This document shows, piece by piece, positions 47,737 to 60,602 of a DNA stretch of 64,000 nucleotides; position 1 is the first letter of the stretch; every line of letters starts with the position of its first letter. The notes below the pieces were generated by a model. That model was not told the origin of the DNA and ran no database searches. It saw only the letters and a program-made list of their open reading frames with translations. The translations under genes were made by a program, and so were the position numbers. The DNA is taken from assembly GCA_965200315.1 (NCBI GenBank), contig OZ241362.1:832001-896000 (forward strand), written 5' to 3'. Origin of the DNA: Candidatus Latescibacterota bacterium. Its GTDB lineage: Bacteria; Latescibacterota; UBA2968; UBA8231.

Positions 47737-48744
47737 ATGTTCGATTTTATTTACGCCGAAGAGTCCATCCTCGACCACCCGCGCACTCGTGCCGTGATCG
47801 ACCGCTTCCCCCGCGCTCAGCTAGTCCCCTGCGCCCGCTACGGCGAGGTCTTCAACCGCACGGCGCAAAACTTCCGCCTACAAAAGCGCCGCCCCGCGCT
47901 CATCCTCGCCCACAAGGCCGGGCGGCGCGTTCTCGCGGCTCCCGACGGCTACGGCATCGGTGGCGAGCGCAATTACTATTTCTCGCACCTGCTCAACTGT
48001 CCCTACGACTGCCGCTACTGCTTCCTCCAAGGCCTGTATCGCTCGGCTCACTTGGTCCTCTTTGTCAACTACGATGACTTCCAACAGGACATGGCCGCGC
48101 ACATCGCTGAGGACGCACCTGACGCTCCCTATTTCTTCTCCGGCTACGACTGCGACAGCCTCGCGCTAGAGGGTATTACCCACTTTACAGCCGGTTTCCT
48201 CCCCTTCTTTGCCGACCACCCGCAGGCGTACTTTGAACTGCGCACCAAAAGCGTGCGCATCAAGACCTTACTCGCCACTGAGCCTCTGCCCAATTGCGTC
48301 GTCGCCTTCAGCATGACCCCGCCGGCGCTTGCCGACCAATTCGAGGTTGGTGCGCCACCAGTCGCTCGACGCTTGGAGGCCATCGCCGCCCTGCAAGAAC
48401 GCGGCTGGCCTATTGGGCTGCGCTTTGATCCGCTGCTCTACGACCGCGCCTACGAGGAGCACTACCGCGACCTGTTCGCCCTCGTGTTCTCCAAGGTGAG
48501 CCGCAACGGTCTGCACTCGGTCAGCTTGGGCCAGTTCCGCCTGCCGCACGGCATGTACAAAACCATGCACAAGCTCTACCCGGACGAAAAACTCCTCGCC
48601 TATGGCTTGGAGGAAAAAGGCGGCATGGTCTCCTACCGGCCCGCCTTGGCCAAAAGGCTACACGACTTTTGCGCGAATCAATTGCTCCAGTACATTCCCG
48701 CCGAGCGATTCTTCCCCTGTCCGTCCACCACCCTACAGGGCTGA
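47737..48744 (+). CDS. Spore-photoproduct-lyase-like radical SAM protein
   Basis: NCPYDCRYCFLQ (CxxxCxxC), FVN, G...DSLALE, ELRTKS, E.GAP....RL.A, G.RFDP motifs. Confidence 0.85.
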   Translation: MFDFIYAEESILDHPRTRAVIDRFPRAQLVPCARYGEVFNRTAQNFRLQKRRPALILAHKAGRRVLAAPDGYGIGGERNYYFSHLLNCPYDCRYCFLQGLYRSAHLVLFVNYDDFQQDMAAHIAEDAPDAPYFFSGYDCDSLALEGITHFTAGFLPFFADHPQAYFELRTKSVRIKTLLATEPLPNCVVAFSMTPPALADQFEVGAPPVARRLEAIAALQERGWPIGLRFDPLLYDRAYEEHYRDLFALVFSKVSRNGLHSVSLGQFRLPHGMYKTMHKLYPDEKLLAYGLEEKGGMVSYRPALAKRLHDFCANQLLQYIPAERFFPCPSTTLQG

Positions 48745-48745
48745 T

Positions 48746-49456
48746 ATGCGCGTCTTAGTCACTGGGGCCAGTTCTGGCATTGGCCGCGCCGTCTGCGAAA
48801 GGCTGCTCGCCGACGGCCAGCGCGCCATTGGTATTGCCCGCGACTTCGACAAGTTCCCCTGCGATGACCGCGGCTTTGCAGCGCACGAGATGGACCTCGC
48901 CGACCTCGACCGACTCCCCGCCCATCTACAGGCTCTCGTCGCCGCCTACCCAGCCCTTGATGCCCTAGTCCTCAATGCCGGTGTCGGCCGCTTTGGCACC
49001 TTAGAGCAATTCTCCTACGAGCAAATCCGCGCCCTGATTGACCTCAACTTCACCAGTCACGTCTTCGTCGCCCGCGCCTTCCTCCCCACCCTCAAAAAGG
49101 CCGGGCGCGGACACTTGGTCTTTATGGGATCGGAAGCCGCGCTCGCTGGCACGGCTCAAGGCAGCTTGTACTGCGCGGCCAAATTCGCCCTGCGCGGCCT
49201 CGCCCAAGCCTTGCGCGCCGAGTGCGCCCGCGCTGGCGTCCGCGTCACATTGGTCAACCCCGGCATGGTCCAGTCCCCCTTCTTCAACGCATTGGACTTC
49301 CAGCCAGGCCCAGCGCCCGACAACTACATCCTGCCGGAAGACGTCGCCGCGGTCATCGTCCAAGCTCTGACCGCACGCGACGGCACAGTACTCGACGAGA
49401 TCAACCTCTCGCCGCAAAAAAAAGTGATCGAGTTTGGCACGCGGAAGCGTTCTTAA
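48746..49456 (+). CDS. Short-chain dehydrogenase/reductase (SDR)
   Basis: VLVTGASSGIG, NAG, S, YCAAKF, NPG.V motifs. Confidence 0.92.
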   Translation: MRVLVTGASSGIGRAVCERLLADGQRAIGIARDFDKFPCDDRGFAAHEMDLADLDRLPAHLQALVAAYPALDALVLNAGVGRFGTLEQFSYEQIRALIDLNFTSHVFVARAFLPTLKKAGRGHLVFMGSEAALAGTAQGSLYCAAKFALRGLAQALRAECARAGVRVTLVNPGMVQSPFFNALDFQPGPAPDNYILPEDVAAVIVQALTARDGTVLDEINLSPQKKVIEFGTRKRS

Positions 49457-49475
49457 AAACTAGGGAAGCTAACGA

Positions 49476-50270
49476 ATGCTCCAACGCACCCTCCTCATCC
49501 TGCTCGTCGCCACCTGCACCCTCGCGTCCGGCTGCGCCACCGTCCGCCGCGAGTTGGGCTACGCCCTGATTTCCGACAAAACCGAAATCAAACTCGGCGC
49601 GAAATTCGCCGCCCAAATCGAAGCCCAACAACGCCTTCACCCCGACCGCGGCCTCCAGGCCTACATCCAGCGCGTCACCAAGGCCCTGCTTCCCCCGGCC
49701 CTAGAAGACCGCCCCGGCATCCGCTACCGCGTTAAAGTCCTCGACGATCCTAAAGAAATAAACGCCTTCGCCGTTCTCGGCGGCTATCTCTACGTCTATA
49801 GCGGCCTACTACTAATTGCCGAAGACGAGGCCGAACTGGCCGGAGTCCTCGCCCACGAGATCGGCCACATCGTCGGCCGCCACTCCGCCAACCAACTCGC
49901 CGCCCGCTTCGGCATGGACTTCCTCACCAGCCTCGCCCTCGGCGCAGACCCCTACCAACTCGGCCAGATCGCTTCCCAACTCAGTAGTGCCCGCTTCAGC
50001 CGCGACGACGAGCGCGAAGCCGATACCTTCGGCGTCCGCTACGCCATCGAGGCTGGGTACGACCCGCGCGGCCTGCTGCGCTTTTTTGAAAAACTGAAAA
50101 AACTCGAAGCGCAGCGGCGTTCTGATTTAGAAAAGCTCTTCGCCAGTCATCCGCCTACCGGCGAGCGCATCCGCCGCATCGAGCGCCTGATTGACCAGTA
50201 CGGCGCCAGCGGGGACCAGCGCTACCGCGCACGGTTTGTGCGCGAGACCGCCATTCTGCGGCGCAAGTAG
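49476..50270 (+). CDS. M48-family metallopeptidase lipoprotein
   Basis: Lipobox LASGC, NAFA..GG..YV..GL, ELAGVLAHEIGH, FSR..E.EAD, SHP....RI motifs. Confidence 0.92.
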   Translation: MLQRTLLILLVATCTLASGCATVRRELGYALISDKTEIKLGAKFAAQIEAQQRLHPDRGLQAYIQRVTKALLPPALEDRPGIRYRVKVLDDPKEINAFAVLGGYLYVYSGLLLIAEDEAELAGVLAHEIGHIVGRHSANQLAARFGMDFLTSLALGADPYQLGQIASQLSSARFSRDDEREADTFGVRYAIEAGYDPRGLLRFFEKLKKLEAQRRSDLEKLFASHPPTGERIRRIERLIDQYGASGDQRYRARFVRETAILRRK

Positions 50271-50340
50271 CACCCCATTGTCCCGGTTCAATCCAATCCC
50301 TACCTTCTTGGCGTTTTCTCACGTCGCCAAGGAAATCTAA

Positions 50341-51351
50341 ATGCCCCTCGTCTTCCTCCTGCTCCTGACCTTGCTGCCCGGCGCACTCCCAAGCCAAGAG
50401 CGCCCGCCGACGCCGGTCATCGTCGCCGAGGTCCTCGAACAACCGCTCGTCGAAGCCCTCTCCTTTGTCGGGCGCATCCTGCCCATGCGCTCCAGCCGCG
50501 TCGCCGCCGAGACCGAGGGTCGAGTGGTCAGGCGCTTCAAGGAAGCTGGCCAAACCGTGCGCAGCGGCGATCCCCTCTTTGAATTAGCCAACGATCCACT
50601 CCAAGCCTCGCTAGCAGAAGCCCAAGCCGATTTTGAGCTACGCCAGTTTAACTACGACCGCAGCCGCCAGCTACGAGCCACCGACTCGGTCTCCGAGCAA
50701 GAGCTACGCGACGACGCCTACGAACTGGCCCGGGCCCAAGCCAAGCTAGCCGGCCTCCAAGCGCAAGTAGAAAATCTCTTCGTCCGCGCCCCCTTCTCCG
50801 GGCACATCATCCAGACCTTTACCGAGGTCGGCCAATGGGTCGGACGCGGCGGCGAGATTGGCCAAGTAATCTCCATCGACACCGTCCGCGTGTACGTCGA
50901 TGTGCCCGAACGCTACGTTTCGCAGCTCACCTTGGGCGACCGCGCCGACATCTTTGTCGATGCCCTCGGCGGCGGCCCCATTGCCGGCCTCGTGAGCGTC
51001 ATCCTCGCCGAGGGCTACGCCTCCTCCCACACCTTCCCGGTCGTCGTCGGTGCTCTCAACCCAGACGGCCGGATGCGCAGCAATATGTCCGCACAGGTGC
51101 GCTTTCAGATCGCGCAACCCACGACATCGATGCTGGTGCATAAAGACGCCCTAGTCTCCGGCCCGCAAGGACAGATAGTGTACCTCGCTCGCGACGGTAA
51201 AGCCCTCAGTCGCCCCGTCGAAACCGGACTGGCGCACAAGGGATACGTGGCCGTTACCGGCGACCTCGCGCCCGGCGATCTCGCCGTGGTGCGCGGCAAC
51301 GAGCGGCTGATGGACGGCCAAGCCGTGCGCATCATCCGCCGGCAGCCATAG
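50341..51351 (+). CDS. RND efflux periplasmic adaptor subunit
   Basis: Signal/anchor, G.V....G..V..GD.L, APFSG, VPE, V.TG, L..GD.VV..G..L..G motifs. Confidence 0.9.
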   Translation: MPLVFLLLLTLLPGALPSQERPPTPVIVAEVLEQPLVEALSFVGRILPMRSSRVAAETEGRVVRRFKEAGQTVRSGDPLFELANDPLQASLAEAQADFELRQFNYDRSRQLRATDSVSEQELRDDAYELARAQAKLAGLQAQVENLFVRAPFSGHIIQTFTEVGQWVGRGGEIGQVISIDTVRVYVDVPERYVSQLTLGDRADIFVDALGGGPIAGLVSVILAEGYASSHTFPVVVGALNPDGRMRSNMSAQVRFQIAQPTTSMLVHKDALVSGPQGQIVYLARDGKALSRPVETGLAHKGYVAVTGDLAPGDLAVVRGNERLMDGQAVRIIRRQP

Positions 51352-51357
51352 TCCGTC

Positions 51358-54496
<3,139 letters not shown>

Positions 54497-54498
<2 letters not shown>

Positions 54499-54524
54499 AA
54501 AAACCGGCCCCCGCAAGGGCCGGT
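54497..54524 (-). terminator. Intrinsic terminator oriented for minus-strand transcription
   Basis: A-tract then ACCGGCCC-CCGCAA-GGGCCGGT. The U tract follows the stem on the minus strand. Confidence 0.65.
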
Positions 54525-54567
54525 CGCTGCCTATTCTCAACTCCTAATCCTGCCGGACGTCTTTGAC

Positions 54568-55990
54568 ATGGATATTCTGGGAAGATACCTGTATGAAGCG
54601 GATCTTAGTGCGTCACTTGTCCAAGAAGACGGAGGCCAATACGCGCTTGACTGGGAGGAGGCATTCCCCCAGTACGAAGAGATCCATTCCCCGGATGATC
54701 TCCAAAATGCGGAGCGCGTCGCAAATGTCTTCCAAGCGATAGATTGGTCGTTTACTACCGACAACACGGGTTTCCTGACCCACGACCTGCATCCGTATCC
54801 CGCTAAATTCATTCCTCAGCTACCCGGAACCTGTATCTCTCAGCTATCTTTCCCTGGTGAGTTAGTGCTTGATCCCTTTGGCGGCAGCGGTACTACCGCC
54901 CTAGAAGCCGTTCGCTTGGGGAGACGGGCACTGAGCGTTGACGCACCGCAAGGCGAGACCTTAAAGCGGTTCCTCGGTGCCCTCGATAGGATCATTCGCA
55001 ATGTCGTAAGGACCCAAGCTATGCTTCGGTACGGTGTCTGTAACTTCACAACGGCCGATACGCGAAAGTTAGGCCATAGGGTATGCAGGCCTGAGACCAT
55101 TGACCTAATTGTTACATCTCCACCCTACGGAAACGCGACGGACTACCACCTTTATCACCGCTTTCGGCTGCTGTGGTTGGGATATAACCCGCGCGAACTC
55201 GCAAAGATCGAGATTGGCTCTCACCTTCGCCATCAGAAGGAGGCCTCGGGATTCGATGCGTACCTCGCAGAGATGCAACAAAGCTTGGCGGGGATGCACA
55301 GCCTCTTGAAGTCTGGCAGGTATGCCGTGCTCATTGTAGGGGACGCGATCTATAAGAAAGTCCTTTACCCGGCGGCAGAAGCACTGAGCGACTCCGCCGA
55401 AAAAATTGGCTTTGAAAGTGTTTGTATAACAGAACGAGCAATCCATCCTTCAAAGCGTTCCTTCGCGGCTGCTGGGCGAAGGGCCACCACTGAGAAAATC
55501 CTCGTCATCCGCAAGCCCCCCAAGAAGGTATCCGTATGGTTGGGCTCTCCCCCGTACAAGTTGTGGCCCTACGAAAGCGCGTTGAGGAAGCGTGAAATTG
55601 AGTCCGTAGTAGGTGTTCCAACCCAAAGACCTTTGAAGCTCTCGGTCTCACAGAAAACAGCGTGGATCTCGTACTTACAAGTCCGCCGTATGCTACGGCC
55701 CTTCCATATATCGATACGGACAGACTATCGCTTCTTACATTATTCGGAATGGATTCGTCGGCGCGGAGGCCCATTGAACAGGGCCTTATTGGCAGCCGGG
55801 AGATCGCAACTAAAGAGCGACGTAGGTTGGAGCAGGCCATAACGGACAGTGAGGGTGTCTTGCCCGAAACTACCTATAACTATCTTCAGGATCTATACAC
55901 ACGGATTTCCCAAGCAGATGTCGGTTTCCGACGCAAGAATATGCCCGTCCTGTTGCAGCGGTTCTTTCAGGATATGGCATTAGTGCTAAA
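54568..55990 (+). pseudogene. Two-domain N4-cytosine-type DNA methyltransferase, multiply deleted
   Basis: TH.LHPYPAKFIPQ, VLDPFGGSGTT and DLIVTSPPY in frame 1. A second VDLVLTSPPYATALPYIDTDRLS lies in another frame from ~55626. Abrupt junctions near 54945, 55626 and 55990. Confidence 0.78.
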
Positions 55991-56677
55991 ATTTACTAGA
56001 CGCGCTATCAATTCAGGTGGCAATGGTGGCGGAGTGGCAAAATCCTCCTTCCCGAAAATTGGTTGGCCCTTTTGCTTGGGTGATGCCTCGCTCTTGATAG
56101 CCGTATCGAGGGCCTTGCTGGCCTCTGTTTCGGCTGGGATAACCCGCCTATCAACTAGCTCGGCGAGAAGTTTTTTGGTTAGTTGATATACAGTGGGACC
56201 ATCCAGTTGAAGAAAGCGAGCCAATTGGTTGTGTGCCGTGTCAAAGGCTTCGGTGTCTTCAGGAAGTGAATAGGTAATACGAGCCGCGCTCTCGTAATTT
56301 CCGAAGAATCCTCCTTCCGTCATGTTGTTTGATCCAATAATGACGGTTGCACGATCGGTCCATTGAAAAAAATACAACTTCGGGTGGAAAGTATGTCTTG
56401 GAGTGCGGTGCTTAATGATGCGAACATCTATATCCCATTCGAGAAGTTCGGCAAGTACCTCTCGGCTGGTGCCGCTAAGGTCTATTCCAAGCACAAAACG
56501 GATAGTGCTGCCTCTTTCTTTTATCTCAAGGATGCGCCGCTTCACGCGCATAGTGGTTTGGATGCTCACAAAGGCTGAAACAAAAACAATGCTCGACGCC
56601 GGAGGATCGGCGTCGAGCATATTCGATAGAACGTTTCCTAGCTGGTTATCTGGTTAGGCTATATAGTCGATGTGCAA
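55990..56677 (-). pseudogene. PLD-family (HKD, NgoFVII-like) restriction endonuclease, 5' remnant
   Basis: TTG start 56677, MHIDYIA*PDNQLG (in-frame TAA 56654-56656), SAF, GID...TS, FHPKLY....IIGSNN.T.GG...N.E. 3' part lost at the junction with the MTase. Confidence 0.75.
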
Positions 56678-56728
56678 GACGTACTCCGCGTACCCTTAAA
56701 AGTCCAGTCAAGCGCAGAGACGGCGTCG

Positions 56729-57367
56729 CTAAAAAGACAGCTTCAGCCGCAGGGCAGGAACGGCGGCTTCGCGACCAGGCAGAGCACCCAGCTCGACGCT
56801 CGTAGCCAGCGCATTGATGGTTTGGACTTGGTCGCGCAGGTGGATCAGCGACGCGATCTTGACCCAAACCGACAGCGGCACCCAACCGGCCGCAGTATCC
56901 TCACCAGTCAGAAAGGCCGTCCCCACCGCCGTCACTGTCAAACCCATGAGCGCGAGCCCCTGTTTGTGCTCGCCAATGTAGAAATAGCCCGCGCCCGGCA
57001 CGGGTAGCTCCAGCAGGAAGGCCAACAGCCCGGATTTCGGCTGTTGGTACGCAGCGTGGCGCGACGGAATGCGATGCGTCCCCAGCGGGCGCAACGAGCG
57101 AATTTCGGCCAGCGCATACGCGGCCTCCCGCTCCTGCAAGGCACCGACGACCTCGACGACCGCCACGGAATCCGCCTCAAGCTCCTGCACGCGCAACGAG
57201 CGCACCCGGCCATCGGTGAGCACAGCTTCGCCCCACGCTTCTTCGGCTTGCATCTCTTGCAGCAGACTCCGCACCTCTTCGGTCTCCATGGCCGCCTCGG
57301 CCCCGCGTACCAACACCAAGATCACCGGCAGCCAAATCCATAATATCCAACGCATGTTCCACCTCAT
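56729..57367 (-). CDS. Hypothetical exported/membrane protein
   Basis: Signal peptide, KS..LA..L...VPG.G.FY.G hydrophobic hairpin, C-terminal LRLKLSF (aromatic end). Confidence 0.6.
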   Translation of the reverse strand: MRWNMRWILWIWLPVILVLVRGAEAAMETEEVRSLLQEMQAEEAWGEAVLTDGRVRSLRVQELEADSVAVVEVVGALQEREAAYALAEIRSLRPLGTHRIPSRHAAYQQPKSGLLAFLLELPVPGAGYFYIGEHKQGLALMGLTVTAVGTAFLTGEDTAAGWVPLSVWVKIASLIHLRDQVQTINALATSVELGALPGREAAVPALRLKLSF

Positions 57368-57393
57368 TATTAAATTGTCGATTCTGCCTTCTC

Positions 57394-57423
57394 AATCTAC
57401 CCGACGCCTCTTTGTCTTGTCAA
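57394..57423 (-). promoter_or_regulatory. Putative sigma70 promoter
   Basis: Minus-strand TTGACA-18 nt-TAGATT upstream of the 56729-57367 gene. Confidence 0.4.
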
Positions 57424-57479
57424 GCCACTATAGCTCCCATTGCTCTCCCTAATTTTAACCCCTATTTTCAAATTTTCTC

Positions 57480-58265
57480 ATGCAGGCCCAACTCCAACAA
57501 GCCATAGCAGCCACCCGCGAGGCCGGGGCGCTGATCTTGCAGTATTTCGGCGGACCACTCGAGGTCGCCTACAAAGACCGGGACGATCCGCTGACCGCGG
57601 CAGATCTCCAAGCCGACGCCTATCTCAAAAAAGCCCTGCGCGATCTGCGCCCAGACTGCGGCTGGCTCTCTGAAGAGACCGCCGATGACCGCCAACGTCT
57701 CGCTAAAGAAGCGGTGTGGATCGTCGATCCCATCGACGGCACCCGCGAGTTCGTCGAAGGTATCCCCGAATACGTGGTCTCCGTCGCCCTAGTCGAGGGC
57801 GGCGTACCGACCCTAGCGGTTATCTACAACCCCGCGCAGGAGCAAGTCTTCGCCGCTGTATCGGGTAGCGGCACCTTCCGCAACGGCCAGCGCGTGTTTT
57901 GCAGCGAGGTCCAATCCCTCAGTCAAGCCACAGCCGTCGTCAGTCGCAGCGAGATCAAACGCGGCAGGATCGCCCCCTTTCGCTCGCACCTCGGTGAAAT
58001 CCGCCCGGTTGGCAGCGTCGCCTACAAGTTGGCCCTAGTGGCTGCCGGGGCCTGCGACTTCAACTTTAGCATCCAAGACAAAAACGAGTGGGACGTCTGC
58101 GCTGGCGACCTATTGGTGCGCGAGGCCGGCGGCCTTATGCACACGTGCGACCACCAAGTGCGAACCTACAACCAAGCCGATACCCTCATCTCCGGCGGAC
58201 TCGCCGCGGGCAACGCGACGCTGGTATCACACATTCTCCACCTAATGCACGAGCAAAAGCAATGA
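57480..58265 (+). CDS. cysQ: 3'(2'),5'-bisphosphate nucleotidase CysQ / inositol monophosphatase family
   Basis: K....PLT.AD, LSEE..D...RL, WIVDPIDGTREF, VSRS, GS.AYK, EWD..AG..L..EAGG motifs. Confidence 0.8.
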   Translation: MQAQLQQAIAATREAGALILQYFGGPLEVAYKDRDDPLTAADLQADAYLKKALRDLRPDCGWLSEETADDRQRLAKEAVWIVDPIDGTREFVEGIPEYVVSVALVEGGVPTLAVIYNPAQEQVFAAVSGSGTFRNGQRVFCSEVQSLSQATAVVSRSEIKRGRIAPFRSHLGEIRPVGSVAYKLALVAAGACDFNFSIQDKNEWDVCAGDLLVREAGGLMHTCDHQVRTYNQADTLISGGLAAGNATLVSHILHLMHEQKQ

Positions 58266-59956
58266 TAACGGCCCGAGCCGCAGCGAATTTTGTCGAAGAG
58301 TACGCCACCCTCCTCGAACTCAGTGGGGCCTCCCCCTTCCGGGTGCGCGCTTACGCCAATGCCGTGCGCGCCCTCGAAACTCTAACGGCCCCCCTCGACG
58401 AACTTCTCGCCGCTGGAACTCTGACCGCGGTCAAGGGCATCGGCGACAGCGTGGCCGAACTAGTCGGCGAGTTGGCCGACACCGGCACGGCCCAAGCCTA
58501 TGAAAAGCTGCGGGCCGCAACGCCCGGGGGGCTACTCGATATGCTGCAGGTCCCCGGCTTGGGGCCGCGCAAAATCGTCGCCATTCGCAAGGCCCTCGGC
58601 ATTGAGACCCTCGATGCCCTTGAACAAGCCTGCCGCACCGGCCAACTCGCTGCCCTCAAGGGGTTTGGTTCCAAGACCCAAGCAACCATTCTCAAGGGCG
58701 TCGAGTTCATTCGCGCCCACGAGGGCCACTGTAGAGTCGATAGCGCACACCAGAGCGCCCAAAGCCTGCTTGCCGCCCTGCACTCCCACGCGCAGCACCT
58801 CGCCGTCGCCGGAGAACTGCGTCGAGCGCGAGAGACCGTCCAACAGCTCGACTTCGTAATCAGCACCACCGACGTCGACGCCGTGCCTGCGGCTTTTGTG
58901 GCTCACCCAGATATCGCCGAAGTCCTCGCACCGAACGCAGGACGGCTGTCCAGTGGGCTGCAAGCCAACTTGCATATAGTCTCAGAAGATGCCTTCCCCG
59001 CAGCCCTACACTACTACACAGGCAGCGAGGAACATTGCGCTGCACTGTGCGCCAAGGCCGCCGAGCGCGGGCTAGTCCTCGACAAACGCGGGCTCTGGCG
59101 CGGCGACGAGCGCATCGAGTGTGCTGATGAAACGGCTTTGTTCGCGGCCTTGGGCCTCGCCTACATTCCGCCGGAGTTGCGCGAGAACCAAGGTGAAGTC
59201 GCGGCCGCAGCCGCCGACGTGCTGCCCGAGCTGGTAACAGCCGCCGACATTCGCGGTATGCTCCACGTGCATTCGACCTATTCGGATGGAGCCGACAGCT
59301 TAGAGGCTATGGCTCGCGCCGTGCAAAAACGCGGCTTTGAGTACATGGGCATTGCCGACCACAGCCAGACTGCGGCCTACGCCGGGGGGCTTCGCGTTGC
59401 GGATGTCCAGCACCAGTGGGAGGAAATCGACCGGCTCAACGAGGAATTGGCCCCCTTCCGCATCTTCAAGGGCATTGAGTCCGATATACTCAGCGATGGC
59501 TCGCTCGACTACGACGACGCCCTGCTCTCGCAGTTCGACTTCGTGATAGTCTCGGTCCATTCGCAGTTCAACCTCAGCCGCGACGCCATGACCGCCCGCA
59601 TCATCCGCGCCATCGAGCACCCGGCGGCCACCATCGTCGGCCATCTAACCGGGCGCTTACTCCTCAACCGCGAAGGCTACGCTGTCAATATCGACTCCAT
59701 CATCGAAGCGGCCGCTCGCTGTGGAGTCGCTTTTGAGATCAACGCCCATCCAGCGCGGCTCGACCTCGACTGGCGGCACGTCAAAAAGGCGCGCGACCAC
59801 GGCGTACAAATCGCCGTCAACACCGACGCCCACAGCGTCGCCGGTCTGGACCATCTCGGCTACGGCATCGGCATTGCCCGCAAAGGCTGGCTCCGCGCCG
59901 CCGACATCCCCAACGCGCTCAGCCGCGAAGCCATTGCCGCTTGGTTCCGCCGCTAG
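58262..59956 (+). CDS. polX: Family X DNA polymerase / PHP 3'-5' exonuclease (non-canonical catalytic site)
   Basis: LLEL.G..PF.VRAY, HhH VKGIG and VPGLGP, YYTGS..H, IPPELRE. PHP motifs HVHSTYSDG, DHS, SVH, GH, NTDAH. Confidence 0.93.
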   Translation: MITARAAANFVEEYATLLELSGASPFRVRAYANAVRALETLTAPLDELLAAGTLTAVKGIGDSVAELVGELADTGTAQAYEKLRAATPGGLLDMLQVPGLGPRKIVAIRKALGIETLDALEQACRTGQLAALKGFGSKTQATILKGVEFIRAHEGHCRVDSAHQSAQSLLAALHSHAQHLAVAGELRRARETVQQLDFVISTTDVDAVPAAFVAHPDIAEVLAPNAGRLSSGLQANLHIVSEDAFPAALHYYTGSEEHCAALCAKAAERGLVLDKRGLWRGDERIECADETALFAALGLAYIPPELRENQGEVAAAAADVLPELVTAADIRGMLHVHSTYSDGADSLEAMARAVQKRGFEYMGIADHSQTAAYAGGLRVADVQHQWEEIDRLNEELAPFRIFKGIESDILSDGSLDYDDALLSQFDFVIVSVHSQFNLSRDAMTARIIRAIEHPAATIVGHLTGRLLLNREGYAVNIDSIIEAAARCGVAFEINAHPARLDLDWRHVKKARDHGVQIAVNTDAHSVAGLDHLGYGIGIARKGWLRAADIPNALSREAIAAWFRR

Positions 59957-59958
59957 AC

Positions 59959-60234
59959 ATGAGCCATAGCGACTACCTCTCACAGCTTTTTCGGCGACTG
60001 CATACATTTCGCCAAGAAGCCCAACTTGAGCCTGAGCAGGTCGAAAGTAACCTTGTTTTGGGGCCAGGATGGATCCACGCGTTCGAGAGCGGTGCAGCCC
60101 TCCCCGGTCTTGATGTGGTTATGTCTCTGCTATCGCTCTACGACAAAACTCTGCGTGACCTTGCAGAAGGCATAGAAGGGGAGGCTCCGTCCATAAAACG
60201 CTCAATTACTCCAGAAGAAATCGGCAACAATCTC
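59959..60234 (+). pseudogene. Xre-HTH-containing gene, 5' remnant (probable restriction/controller component)
   Basis: RL...RQ.A.L....V...L.LG.GWI..FE.G...P.L..V..LL HTH pattern. Ends at a junction with a convergent MTase remnant; lower GC. Confidence 0.55.
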
Positions 60235-60487
60235 ACTTCTCCTCGGAACAAGTAGCCCGCGTCGCAAAGGGCGATAATTTCGGTAAAATCTCCATAAAGG
60301 CTTTCGTGAGAAACCGTAAATAATCCCTCGGATCTTTTTCGATACCTATCCCTTCTGAGTGCCTTTGTCCCCAATAGGGTGGACTTGTCACAACTATATT
60401 CACGGACTCGTCTGGAAGTTGCGGAATCAGTTCTAAACAGTCTCCTTTGTAGGTCTTATTGAGCGGGAAAGAACCTATTTGGTTCAT
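60233..60487 (-). pseudogene. Beta-class N4/N6 DNA methyltransferase, 5' remnant
   Basis: GDCLE....LPDESV..VVTSPPYWGQR...IG.E..P.DY, then a frame-shifted internal piece IALCDAGYLFRGEV. SAM-binding half absent. Confidence 0.78.
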
Positions 60488-60602
60488 TGGCTCTTCCTTT
60501 CTTCATAATTTTGAACGCCAATGGGAGTGGAGATCACGCCCGTTGGCTCGTTCCCACAACCCTGTCTTTTTGAACTTATAGACGGTATCTTACGAGTCAA
60601 GA

